From positions 18,538,001 through 18,602,000 of the forward strand of contig NC_087451.1 of assembly GCF_036321535.1 (NCBI RefSeq): a stretch of 64,000 nt of DNA, in the 5' to 3' direction. This DNA is from Camelus dromedarius. Taxonomy: Eukaryota. Positions 47,501 through 58,512 of the stretch are shown here, piece by piece (positions within the stretch are counted from its first letter, which is position 1; each line of letters starts with the position of its first letter). Position numbers and translations under genes: made by a program. The notes beneath the pieces are model-generated. The model searched no databases, had not been told where the DNA came from, and worked only from the letters and a program-made list of their open reading frames with translations.

Positions 47501-50500
47501 GAGAACCAGAATTAGTGGCAAATAATTTTTTTACATAACTGATGTGCTTAATCACAGTAATTGGTGATATGAATCAAGAGGGAGTTTGCCATTGAAATTA
47601 TCTAGAAAATAACATCATGTGGTTCTATGACCAGGTCACGAAAAGGAGGGGGAGCTGGTTAGTAGGTGCCCACCCTGTGCCAGGCGCCCAGCTGAGAGTC
47701 TGAGATGTATCGTCTCATTTTACAGTAATTCTGTGGAGTTGGCGTCACCGAATGAAACAGGGAGAAACAGGCCCAGAGGGGTTTGACCACCTTAACCGAC
47801 GCTTGCATCTGGTAGTTAGAAAACCAAGGTGTGAACCAGAACTGTTTGCCCTTCAAGCCCAAGTTTTCCACCAAACCTAACTCCCTGGATGCTTTTAAGA
47901 ATGTAGACAGGATTGGCAGAGAGGCTTGCACGCTGATGCTGGCTCTGATGGCTCGTCAGTGGCTTGGGAAGGATTGTGACCAGATGTGGAGCTCGGGGGA
48001 CACAGTGGTCTGGTCTGGGAGTGGTGCTTGCTGAGGCTTTGGGACTGGTTACTTGCAGTATTTGAAAAGCCCCAGAGCAGGTGAGGTTTCTCAGTGAACG
48101 TGGGGTCACGTCCTTGCCGATGCTGTTTCCATATGAATGCCCCCGATGGCAGGTCATACAGGCTTTGGCAGGGCAGGACTTTGTCAAGAAGGCATTTGGA
48201 GTAACTCAGGGATTTTACTGAATTTGAGTGAAGTTTGTTTGTTGTTTTTTTTTTTTTAACTTAAGTTTGCTAAGTTGCTTTCTTCTAAAATGCCCTGTAA
48301 ATTAACTTCTCAAATTATGCAGGCTAGATCTTTGTCCCTGACCCCTCATTGGTTGAAGTCTGTGAGGTTTTGCTGCAGATGTCTGTTTTGATTCAGCTTG
48401 GTTAGGAGTTATTTGTACCAACCTGCATCCCCCATGAAAATGGAAGGGGAATCAGGCGTTACCTGCGGGGCAGACGAGATGAGACTGGGCCGCCGGGGTT
48501 GCCTCTGCTGGTTCCCTTAGTGTTCACGGTGAGTGGTCAGGAGACTCTGCCTCTAACTCAGAACCTTTTGTCAGACGGCCTGCATTTTGAGTACCCTCTC
48601 CAAACAACACAGCTTTCCTATGTTGTTACAGGGACATATGCCTTTATTTCTCTAAGAATTCAGTATCTGAATACAGCGTCATCTGGAGCACGTCCCTCTG
48701 TTGAGGAGTTTCGCTCTGCCTGTTGTCAATGTGGCGGATAGAGTCTGTCTTGTGCGGAGGCCCTGGGGCAGTTTGCACTTGGAGTATCTTGCACACCAGT
48801 TCTTAGGAAAGTGATAATGGGAGTGTTTATCTGCTCTCTGTTCCATCCCCCAGAAGCTCCCAGGGCAGTGGCTGTCTCCAAACTCAGGATCACTCCTCCC
48901 AAATGAAGCATCTCAAGCATTCTGAGTTCATGAATTCAGGCCAGTAGAGGCCTTACCTCTACCCTTCTGTGACAGATTGATGAATAGTTCTGGGAGTGGG
49001 TGGGAAGACTAACCCCACCCTTGGGAGACACCCAGGACATGCTGTGTCTGCACACGTGTGTTCGGGTGCCACGTGAGATGTCCCAAGTGAGCATTCCTTT
49101 GGTTTGCTTTGTGCGTCAGCTGGGGTGGACCTCTGGCCAGAGCCACGTCCCTGTACTTTGCCTGACTGCAGTCACGTAGGCAGACTTCTGTTGGCCTCAG
49201 CCCAGCTTTTTGAATCAGAGTCTCAGGGAAAGCGGGAGCACTAAGTTGGCAGAAGGGCTGAGTGCCACTACAAATGAGGCTCCGGGGACTCGCTGAAGTT
49301 TCATCCTTGGAGAAACTGGTGAATCAGACCTGTGGGTGGTTGCTGTTTTTGAAGTGTTGTGAACCCTACCCCATCGGTCATGAACTTGCTTTCCAAGTCC
49401 CAAGGGAAATGGTTCTAGGTCTTCCAGCTATAACAATGCTCGCCCCGCGGTCGATGAGAATCCTGAGGTGGAACCTGGGAAACCACATGTGGTTCCTGCC
49501 ACGGGGCAGATGGCAGGGAGCCCTGGGAGGGTTGCTTTCTGGACCACACACTGCTAGCCTGCATTTCCTCCCCAAGGCCTCTGCCATGTGCCTGGTGCCA
49601 CTGTTGGTTTGTCTTTGTGGTCTTCTGGAAGTTTACCTTTGTGTGGGTGCTGCCCACCCCCTGATGAAGTCCGTACTCAAGATCCTGGGATGTAAGGCCT
49701 TGGTCTGCTCCTCCACATCTGTAGCTCTCCTCATAGCAGTCTGTCCTCCCCTTTCTCCCAAGCCCCGCTCAGTCCTGCCTCCCAGCTTCCATTCCTATTG
49801 ACCCACCCTCTGTCCCCCTCTGGATGCCACTGCCACTTCCAGCATATTGTTCTCCATACACTTGTCTCTGACCAACTGTTGCACCCACTGAGGGTGGAAA
49901 TCCTGTTCCACTTCAGGGTTCTTACCCTTTTTGTGCCATGGACCTCCTGTCAGGATGTTTTTAAATTCATAAAATACCTGGAATTGCAAGGGAGACCAGT
50001 TCTGTGGACATGTATATTGTGATGGAGTCTGTGTGTTTATTAACGTGTCAGCAGGAGCTGGTAGCAGGTCTGATAACTACTGAAATTTCAAATCAGTTAT
50101 TTCAAGATACTTGTTTACAAATATAATGTGAAATGAAAAGAAATGATTTCTGGTGGTGACAGAGGTACTGCTAATACTGCTGTGGCTTTTTGTCTACATT
50201 TACAATTAAAAAACACATTTCAAAAAAAAACCACATTTCATTTATAGATTAGTGAAAATGGTAAAAAAAAAAAAAAATTTTTTTCCCCTATCCATGTGGT
50301 CCCTTTGATTCTACCCCAAGTAAATGTGGCCCCAGTGAAATACTCTGGGGCCAGCACCCTCATGGAGCAGGTGGAGGAAATGTTGGCTGACAGGTCGCTG
50401 CTCTGAGATGTGCTGCCTGGGTTCTGCTTGGCTGCTCCCCCTTCTCTCTTGACCTGGTCCTGCCCTCATACCCTGGCTTATGCCTCAGCTCCCAGCTTGG

Positions 50501-53500
50501 ACCCTCACTTCTTGTCTGAGCTGGCAGGGAGTTGGGCTGTGGGGGTAGCTGTTTTTCAGGACTCTGTCCTTTTGGCAAGAGGGAGATGATGCTCATTTCG
50601 AAAAAATTGGCAGGAGGGAGCCCAGGTGTCTGTAGGGCACAGACAGACCCTTTCCACCTGAACAGGGAGGCTGCGGACCAGAGGTGACACGTAGGATGTC
50701 TTTCTGCCACGAGAGCACGTCTGCTCCCAGGAGTGACTCTCCGCAGGGGGCGCTGCTTTCTCGTCTGCAGGAAAAAAGGCCTGCGCTTAGATTCTGCTGC
50801 TGGGATTGTGCAGGGTCTACTGCTCTGGCCCTTGGAGCTGACTACCCAGCCTCTCCCTCTCTTTTCCTTAACCCAGGGCAAGCTGGCCTCATTTTTCCTG
50901 TCTCGGGTGGATGCCTTGAGCCCTCAGCTCCAGCAGGTAAGGGAGAGGAGGAAGATGGAGCCTCTGGGGGTCTGAGCTGGAGCTTCTCTTGTCTCTTAGC
51001 TTTTCTCTGTTCCTGCTTTTCGACCGTGTTCTCACTTCCTTCTCTTACATACATGAATCATGACTTCTGCCTCTGTTTCTGTGTCTTTCTGCCCCATCAC
51101 CCCTTCCATTTTCCCTCGGAGCGCTCTTTGATCTCTGTCTTTCTCGCACTAGTGGGGTTGGGATTCCGTGGCTGGGCTGGATTCCCATCTGACCAGGTTT
51201 CCCACCTTCCTTCTGCAGTTGGCCTGTGAGTGTTACTCCAGGCTGCCCTCTCTAGGGGCTGGCTTCTCCCAGGGCCTGAAGCACACCGAGAGCTGGGAAC
51301 AGGAGCTGCACAGCCTGCTGGCCTCACTGCACAGCCTGCTTGGAGCCCTGTACGAGGGCGCAGAAACAGGTAGGGACCATGGCTGGGAGCTGGTGGCTGA
51401 GTGGTTGGGGAACATGGTGGGAGGGGAACCAGGAGGGTGGTCCAGAGAGGCGGGGCCGTTGATTTCTAGGCCACATGGATTAGAATATGGGTGGGTCCTC
51501 CACCAAAGTGAAGGAGGAGAGGCTGGAAGACAGGCCTGGTGCTCAAAGGTGGTTGTTCCCGTCCAGCTCCTATGCAGTATGAAGGCCCTGGGGTGGAGAC
51601 GCTGCTTTCCCCCTCAGAAGATGGTGACGCCCATGTCCTCCTCCAGCTTCGGCAGAGGTTTTCCGGGCTGGCCCGTTGCCTGGGCCTCATGCTCAGGTGT
51701 GTGAGTGAGTAATGGAGAGAGCAAGGGCCTGGAGCAGGAGGGGCTGAGATGGGGGTTGTCTTCATCATGAGGAGGGAGGTAGAGGGCGTGGAGTCCCCCT
51801 GGGGTCCCTGCACTGAGGGGCTCCTTGCTCTGATTCTCTCTAGCTCTGAGTTTGGGGCTCCCGTGTCCGTCCCTGTGCAGGAGGTCCTGGATGTCATCTG
51901 CCGGACCCTCAGCATCAGTGCCAAGAACATCGTAAGTGCAACCTGACCTCTGTTCACAACCCTGACCCAGGACCCAGGGCAACCAGGAGAGCGGTGTGGG
52001 ATTGCAGCTCCCAAAATGCTGCCGTCCCAAGGTTGTCCCGGACAGCTCCTTACCTCGTCCAGGCGCCGGCATTCCTGTGCTCCACACATACATGCAGGCC
52101 AGCGAGGATTCTCTCATGTGTTGCGGGAACACTTGTAGCAATGCTTCCCCAGGGGAGGGTGAACGGGGGTCAGCTGAGTCATTGCTGAGAGGCTCAGCCA
52201 TCCCTCCCCTCATCCTCCTCCCAGGGTCTGTCTGAGAGGATGGCGGGTTGATCTTGTTGGGAGAGCTGGGCTCGGCGGTGGGTTCCTCACCTGCGTGAAC
52301 ACGTGTATGTAGTCACACAGATCTGTGCTGTCTCCAGTTCTCTTTCACTTCCTCCCCCTCCTCCTTAACTTTTGCCAGTTTTCTCCACAGAGCTTGCTTG
52401 GAGATGGTCCCCTGCGGTTGCTGCTGCTGCCCTCTCTCCACCTGGAAGCCTTGGACCTGCTCTCTGCCCTCATCCTCGCGTGAGTGGGCTCGGGAGGGTG
52501 TGCTGCGGGGGCTGGGACGCCCTAGGAACGGGGGTCACTGCTCTGTCTTCACCCCCAGGTGTGGAGGCCGGCTCTTGCGCTTTGGGGCCCTGATCAGCCG
52601 CCTGCTTCCCCAGGTCCTCAATGCCTGGAGCATTGGTAGGGATGCCCTTTCGCCAGGCCAGGAGCGGCCTTACAGGTGACCATCAGGAAGAGAATGAGGA
52701 GACGGTGGGTGAGGGGATGCAGGGGAGGAGGGGCATGAGCTGGCACGTCGGCTCCCATTCACAGGCTGCCCTCTGCTCACCCCACAGCACCGTGCGGACC
52801 AAGGTGTATGCTGTCCTGGAGCTGTGGGTGCAGGTGTGTGGGGCCTCGGCAGGAGTGCTTCAGGGAGGAGCCTCGGGAGAGGCCCTGCTCACACACCTGC
52901 TCAGTGACATCGCCCCCGCGGCTGATGCGCTCAAGGTGAGCGAGGCCTCTGCTCCTGCCCCAGGACCCCAATCTGTGCCCCTTGTCCAAATGTGCCTCCT
53001 CACCAATCACTGCCCTGTCCTGCCTTGCTGTGCGCCTGTGCATGTGATTAATGTTTCCCTCCCCCGCCAGCTGCGCAGTCCCCGGGGGAGCCCTGACGGA
53101 GGTTTGCAGACTGGAAAGCCCAGCGCCCCCAAGAAGCTAAAGCTGGATGTGGGGGAAGCTATGGCCCCGCCCAGCCACCGGAAAGGGGACAGCAATGCTA
53201 ACAGCGATGTGTGTGCGGCTGCGCTGAGAGGTGGGTAAGACCTGTGCCCTGCACCTCGGAGTGCTGGGGTGGCCTGGACTGATAGCCCCAAACCAGTTGA
53301 AGTGGAGGGTGTAGGAAGAATGCAGACCCAGCTCAAAGCTGCAGAGAAGCCATGCACCTCCCAGGGCTGCAGGCGGAATCTTGGGGCCTGCTGTCCACTA
53401 GATGGGGGCTGCTGGTGTTGTCACGGGTCTTGTTTATCTTTGTCTGTGCATCCTCTGTACACGTCCAGTGCTGTTCTAGTACAGGAGGGCGGGGGAGGAA

Positions 53501-56140
53501 GACGATGAGATCCCTGCCCGCGGAGCTTACACTCCCCGGGCCTCAGTGGGGCTTCCTGCTTCCAACACAGTCGCTAATCTGGGAGCAGAAGTGACGTTCC
53601 TTTGGGTCCCCTATAGTTCACTGCCCGCCCCCCAGCCCCGCCCCCTTGAAGGGAGGTCCAGCTCTACCCAGACAAGTAAATGCATCCTTAGAGTGTCCTG
53701 CCTTCAACATCTCATTCACATAATGTTGTCAGCAGCCTCATGCAGTAGAGGTGCTTTCACGATCCCTGTTCTGTAGTCGAGGAAACAGCAGTTCAGGGAC
53801 TGGCCCGAGCTAGGCCAGGGCAGAGCTGGGTGCCCGCCCAGGCTGTGTGCTCCAGAAGCCCTTGCTCGGAGGTGTGTTAGCAGCCCGCCTCTTACACACC
53901 GTTCTCCTTCCCCAGGTCTCAGCCGGACCGTCCTCATGTGCGGGCCTCTCATCAAGGAGGAGACCCACAGGGTGAGTGGAGCCTGGTCCCCGTGGAGGTT
54001 GGGGAGGGTCTACTGCTCTGTACACGGGCTGGGGGTCCATCCCTACCTGGGAGTGGGCCCTGAGAAGGGTTGGGTCATCTTGGTGACATCTCTGGGAGTG
54101 CTCTCTGTCCTTTGCAGAGACTGCATGATCTGGTCCTCCCGCTGGCCATGGGCGTCCAGCAGGGTGAGGTCCTCGGCAGCTCCCCGTACACCAGTGCCCG
54201 CTGCCGCCTCGAACTCTACCGCCTGCTGCTGGCTCTGCTGCTGGCTCCTTCTCCTCGCTGCCCACCTCCTCTGGCCTGTGCCCTGCAAGCCTTCTCGCTA
54301 GGCCAGAGAGAAGACAGCCTGGAGGTAACTACTGCCGGGGCTGAGTTTCCCTCTTTGGTTTCTGGATTCCCGTTTCTGATGCTGGTCGGCTTTCCCTCCC
54401 TGTGCCCTGAAGGCCTGTATCCTTGATGCTCACTCTGGCCCTTTCTTCCCTCCTCAGGTCTCCTCTTTCTGCTCAGAAGCACTGGTGACCTGTGCTGCTC
54501 TGACCCACCCCCGGGTTCCTCCCCTGCAATCCATGGGCCCTGCCTGCCCCACACCTGCCCCAGTTCCACCTCCCGAGGCTCCATCTCCATTCAGGGCTCC
54601 AGCCTTTCACCCCCCAGGCCCCATGCCCTCGGTGGGCCCCATGCCTTCAGCCAGTCCCATGCCCTCAGCGGGCCCCATGCCTTCAGCAGGCCCTGTGTCC
54701 TCGGCGGGCCCCATGCCCTCAGTCGGCTCTATGCCCCCAGCACGCCCTGGACCTCCAGCCACAGCCAATCACTTAGGCGTTTCTGTCCCAGGCCTGGTAT
54801 CTGTACCCCCCCGGCTCCTTCCTGGCTCTGAGAACCACCGGGCAAGCTCAAATGAGGACCCTATCCTTGCCCCTAGTGGCACTCCTCCACCTACTGTACC
54901 CCCGGATGAAACTTTCGGGGGGAGAGTGCCCAGACCAGCCTTTGTCCACTATGACAAGGAGGAGGCGTCCGATGTGGAGATCTCCTTGGAAAGCGACTCT
55001 GATGACAGTGTGGTGATCGTGCCTGAAGGGCTGCCACCCCTGCCGCCCCCGCCACCCTCGGGCACCACACCGCCCCCTGTAGCCCCAGCCGGGCCACCAA
55101 CGGCCTCCCCTCCTGTGCCAGCCAAGGAAGAGTCTGAAGAACTTCCCGCTACCCCTGGGCCTCTCCCTCCCCCGCCCCCACCTCCAGTCCCTGGCCCTGT
55201 GACACTCCCTCCACCCCAGTTGGTCCCTGAAGGGACCCCTGGTGGGGGAGGCGCCCCAGCNNNNNNNNNNNNNNNNNNNNNNNNNNNNNNNNNNNNNNNN
55301 NNNNNNNNNNNNNNNNNNNNNNNNNNNNNNNNNNNNNNNNNNNNNNNNNNNNNNNNNNNNNNNNNNNNNNNNNNNNNNNNNNNNNNNNNNNNNNNNNNNN
55401 NNNNNNNNNNNNNNNNNNNNNNNNNNNNNNNNNNNNNNNNTGAGGAGGAGGAAGGTGAATTAGAGGAGGAGGAAGAGGAGGAGGATGATGAGGAGGAAGA
55501 GGAGCTGGAGGAGGTGGAAGAGTTGGAGTTCGGCCCTGCGGGTGGAGAGGTGGAGGAAGGTGGGCCTCCGCCCCCGAGCCTGCCACCGGCTCTCCCGCCT
55601 GCCGAGTCCCCCAAGGTGCCGCCCGAGCCAGAACCAGAGCCCGGGCTGCTGTTGGAAGTGGAGGAGCCGGGGGCGGAAGAGGGGCCGGGGGCCGAGACGG
55701 CCCCCACACTGGCCCCTGAGGTGCTCCCTCCCCAGGGCGAGGTGCAGGGGGAAGAGGGCAGCCCCCCCGCAGTGCCATCTCCTCAGGAGCTTGGTGAAGA
55801 AGAGCCCTCTGCACCCCCGACCCTGCTGGAGGAGGGGGCTGAGGGTGTGGGTGACCAGGTGCCACCCCAGCCAGAGGCGTCAGCAGCGGAAGAAATGGAG
55901 ATGGAGACAGAGGCGGCAGCGCTCCAGGAAAAGGTGAGTGGGTGGCAGGGAGATGGGGGTAGCTGCCTGCGTTTGTCCCCAGCCTGACCCATGCTTCTGC
56001 ATACGTGTGGCTGACTGACTAGAATCTTATGTCTTTGTCCCTGAAAGGAGCAGGATGACACAGCTGCCATGCTGGCTGACTTCATCGACTGCCCCCCCGA
56101 CGATGAGAATCCCCCGCCCGCCCCAGAGCCCGATTCCTAG
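32113..56140 (+). CDS. PELP1: Proline-, glutamate- and leucine-rich protein 1 (rixosome scaffold / nuclear receptor coregulator), 17 exons, about 1138 aa
   Basis: Exons 32113-32361, 37758-37822, 38198-38303, 41519-41668, 41909-41980, 50877-50936, 51219-51369, 51567-51696, 51844-51931, 52391-52479, 52559-52675, 52788-52935, 53071-53230, 53916-53971, 54118-54324, 54458-55933 (N-run 55261-55440 keeps frame), 56048-56140 (TAG). Total 3417 nt, all GT-AG. Starts [16 protein letters not shown]; many LxxLL motifs, Pro-rich and Glu-rich regions; ends [21 protein letters not shown]. Confidence 0.97.
34420..35065 (-). mobile_element. 5'-truncated L1 (3' UTR and ORF2 end)
   Basis: T-rich tail then gaagtatagttgatttacaatgttgtg...ttagattccacatataag; the reverse strand encodes [28 protein letters not shown]-run 34801-34940 lies inside. 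Confidence 0.9.
35070..35935 (+). mobile_element. L2 LINE fragments
   Basis: ctcctaactccagacttatcc, gacatcccagatttaacatatctgaaactgaattcctg, aaaaccttggaattatctttg are typical of the L2 body. Confidence 0.7.
36008..36167 (-). mobile_element. Short young L1 3'-end insertion with perfect 16-bp TSD
   Basis: Poly-T then aacattttttattgatttataatcattttacaatg. TSD TTAAAAAAACAGTTTT at 35992-36007 and 36168-36183. Confidence 0.85.
36184..36800 (-). mobile_element. Older L1 (L1MA/MB-type) 3' segment
   Basis: ttattgaggtgcaattcacatac...cagccctgggcagccactaatctac; the reverse strand encodes MVQPLWKT...ELTYDP. N-run 36436-36659 lies inside. Confidence 0.8.
38800..38995. mobile_element. MER58-like hAT-Charlie MITE
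   Basis: Terminal inverted repeats CAGGGGTTGGGAAACT ... AGTTTGCTGATCCCTG. Confidence 0.7.
39000..40800 (-). mobile_element. L2 LINE fragments (interrupted by a SINE)
   Basis: Purine-rich L2 body: gggaaggctttcctgaactga, ggagatatcactctggctgctgtgtggagaaaggattag, tgagactgcgaaagagtttt. Confidence 0.6.
39406..39558 (-). mobile_element. tRNA-derived SINE, Vic-1-like (Camelidae)
   Basis: Reverse strand reads GGGAGGGTATAGCTCAGTGG (A box)...GTCCTGGGTTCAATC (B box)...AATAAATAAATAAACCTAATTATTCCCCC plus an A-rich tail. TSD CATGGAAGGgTTT at 39393-39405 and CATGGAAGGcTTT at 39562-39574. Confidence 0.8.
42023..46747 (-). mobile_element. L1 with intact 5' and 3' termini but internally deleted (no ORF1 or endonuclease), antisense in PELP1 intron 5
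   Basis: Poly-T and 3' UTR at about 42023-42420; ORF2 fragments to about 45410 (e.g. [34 protein letters not shown]); 5' UTR about 45410-46747 starting GGGGAGGAGGTGCCAAGATGGCG on the - strand. TSD ACAGAAATCT at 42013-42022 and 46748-46757. Several N-runs lie inside. Confidence 0.88.
47680..47860 (+). mobile_element. MIR SINE fragment
   Basis: tctcattttacagtaattctgtgg...gagaaacaggcccagaggggtttg...tgtgaaccagaactgtttg. Confidence 0.6.
53690..53870 (+). mobile_element. MIR SINE fragment
   Basis: catctcattcacataa...ccctgttctgtagtcgaggaaacagcagttcagggactggcccgag. Confidence 0.55.
54617..54742 (+). repeat. Coding 18-bp minisatellite in PELP1 exon 16 (7 units of GPMPSA-like hexapeptide)
   Basis: Units [42 protein letters not shown]; nucleotide unit about GGCCCCATGCCYTCRGCR. 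Confidence 0.9.
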
Positions 56141-56168
56141 CCCTCCTCCGCCCTTGCTCCTGGTTTCC

Positions 56169-56174
56169 AATAAA
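56169..56174 (+). terminator. Polyadenylation signal (AATAAA) of PELP1
   Basis: AATAAA 28 nt after the TAG stop. Confidence 0.8.
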
Positions 56175-57230
56175 GTTATGTCCTTGTATAATGACTGCTG
56201 CTTTTGCCTTTTGCCACCACTGTGTCCCCGGCTAGAAGCCCAGATGTCTGCTGGGCTTTTCACAGTGTCCGTAGCATCCCAGACTTGGCCATGGTCGTCC
56301 TCTTCACGCCACTGTCCAGAAGCGGAACCACTGACTTACGGGGGTAACAGACTGTCCTGTGGTTCAGCAGGTCAGCGTTTTTGACTTCTTGCCCGCTGCT
56401 CTCGCTGATGCTAAGTGTGTGCTGGGTCGCCTGTGTGGCTAAGAAGATGAGGAGTAGACCTGCTTTTGAGTGTGCGATCCAGGTGTGGGGGCACGTGGGA
56501 GATTTAGGGAAGTAAGTGTCCTGGTGAGTGCACCTGTGTGAAAACACACGTGCACACGCCGCCCTCGGGTCTGAAAGAGCAGGCCGAGGGACTGTGATAT
56601 GGAAACTTACAGGAAAGGAAATTGGGAAACTTCGCACATTTCCCAGCCAGCTTTTGATCCCAGAGGTGTGTCTGTGGGAGGGGACTGAGGTGGACAGACT
56701 GGAGATAGATGTGCCCTGGTTTTCTCAGTCACTGTTGAAGTGTGACCACGAGTAAAGTGCCTTGGAAATGCAGAAAGGGGAGTGGCTTTCCCAACTGCAC
56801 ATCTGCAGGGCCTCTGAGGGGGTACATTTGAGCTAATTTTTTGAAAAATAGTAGGAGTTTAAAAAAAACTCCCGCCTCCCAACTTACTATTTTGAAAAAT
56901 TTTAAACCTGCAGAAAAGCTGAAAGAACAGTACAGCACATAACCTTTGCATAGATTTACAAGTGAACATCTGCCACCTTGGTTTTTACCCCGTATAACTA
57001 CGTACCTGCGTATAGACCTGTGTTTACACTTGCACGCGTCTCCAATCAGTACAGTTACATCTATGCACGTTTTTGTGGGGTCACATAAAAGTAAGTTGCA
57101 GACATCATGGTCCTTCACCTCTAAACTCATCAGCATTGTCTCCTAAGATTAAGGACACTTTCCTACATAATCACAAGACCACTATCAAACCTAAGAAAAG
57201 TAACCATGATTCAATAGTATGAACTATACA

Positions 57231-57446
57231 CAGCTGACCCTTGGAGAATGCGGGGGTTAGGGGTGCCAGCCCTCTGAGCTGTCCGAAATCCACGTGACTT
57301 AGTGTTGGCCCTGTGTATCTGTGGTTCTGCGTCTGTGGATTTGACCAACCTTGGATCATGTAGCACTGGTATTTACTATTGGGGGGAAAAAAAAACTGTA
57401 GAAGTGGACCATGCAGTTGAATTCTGTGTTGTTGAAGGGTCACCTT
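57231..57446. mobile_element. Tigger1-derived MITE (TcMar-Tigger) within an old L1 fragment (about 56870-57230)
   Basis: TIR-like ends CAGCTGACCCTTGGAGAATGC ... TGTGTTGTTGAAGGGTCACC and internal GGGGGTTAGGGGTGCC typical of Tigger1 ends. Confidence 0.7.
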
Positions 57447-58512
57447 AGTGTGATGTTCAAATTTCCCTGTTTGTTTATTCTTAAAATGTCTTATAGCTGT
57501 TTGTTTTTTAGGTACAGGGGACGTACAGACCACTGCAAGGAATAAGGTACAGAGGTGTGAAAACTGCAATAATAATTTTTCAAAAATGGAAAGAACCTGA
57601 ATTCTGGAAACTGTAGATAGGTCAAGTTGACATGGACCCTAAGGAAGAAGCCAGAACAGAAAATTTTCTAATTTAAATTATATTCTGAATAGATGACACA
57701 TTCACATGGTTCAAAACTTAAGAGGTATGAAAGGTTTGCTGAAAAGTCTTCTTGCCCCTGTTTCCTAGTCACTTAGATTTCTTTTTCACCTGAGCAGCCC
57801 ATATAACCAGTTTTATATATTCCAGAGGTAACGTATGTGCATACAAATATGTATAAAAATCCTATTTTTCACACAATAGTAGTATATTATCACTTAATAC
57901 AAAACACATAATTTCACTAAGTCATGGGATTGGTTCACTCAATGAATACTGAGTACCAGTTTTGTACTAGGTACTGTTTTCTCAATATATATATTATGAA
58001 ACAATTGTAGATTGGCAGGAGGTTGCAAAGTCCAGAGGGAGTGGGAGTGACAAGGCCCCCTTCCTCCTGTTTCCCCCCAGTCTTACATCTTTATAGCATA
58101 GTATAAAAACCAGGAATTTAACGTTGGGACAGTGATAGGCACCTGTTTTACAAGCTGGAGATGGAGCAGTGAATAAAATAGCCCTTTACAGGGTTTATAA
58201 GTTCCACACAGGAGGTGAGATAGATAAATAAGAAAATAAAATGTATGTTAGGTGGTAACCAGTGCAGGGGAAACAAAGGAGGAGGGATAGGTTTGTGTGT
58301 GTGTTTTTCAACATTTTATAATGAAAATTCTCAGGCCTTGAAAGAATTATTCAGAGACAACTCATATATCTACCATGTTAATACATTTGTGTGTGTGCAT
58401 ATGTGTATGCAGTTTTAAGTAGGGTGGTCAAGGAAGGTCTCACTGAGAAGGGGATAGTGAAATAAAGACCCAAAGGAGTTGAGGGGTGAGCACCACAGTT
58501 CTGGGGAAGAGT

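Noticed and set aside
54949-55707. 252-aa - strand ORF with long poly-Ser/Gly tracts
   Set aside because: It is the antisense mirror of the PELP1 Glu/Pro-rich exon (GAG codons read as CTC/TCC) and is extended by Ns; there is no independent gene structure.
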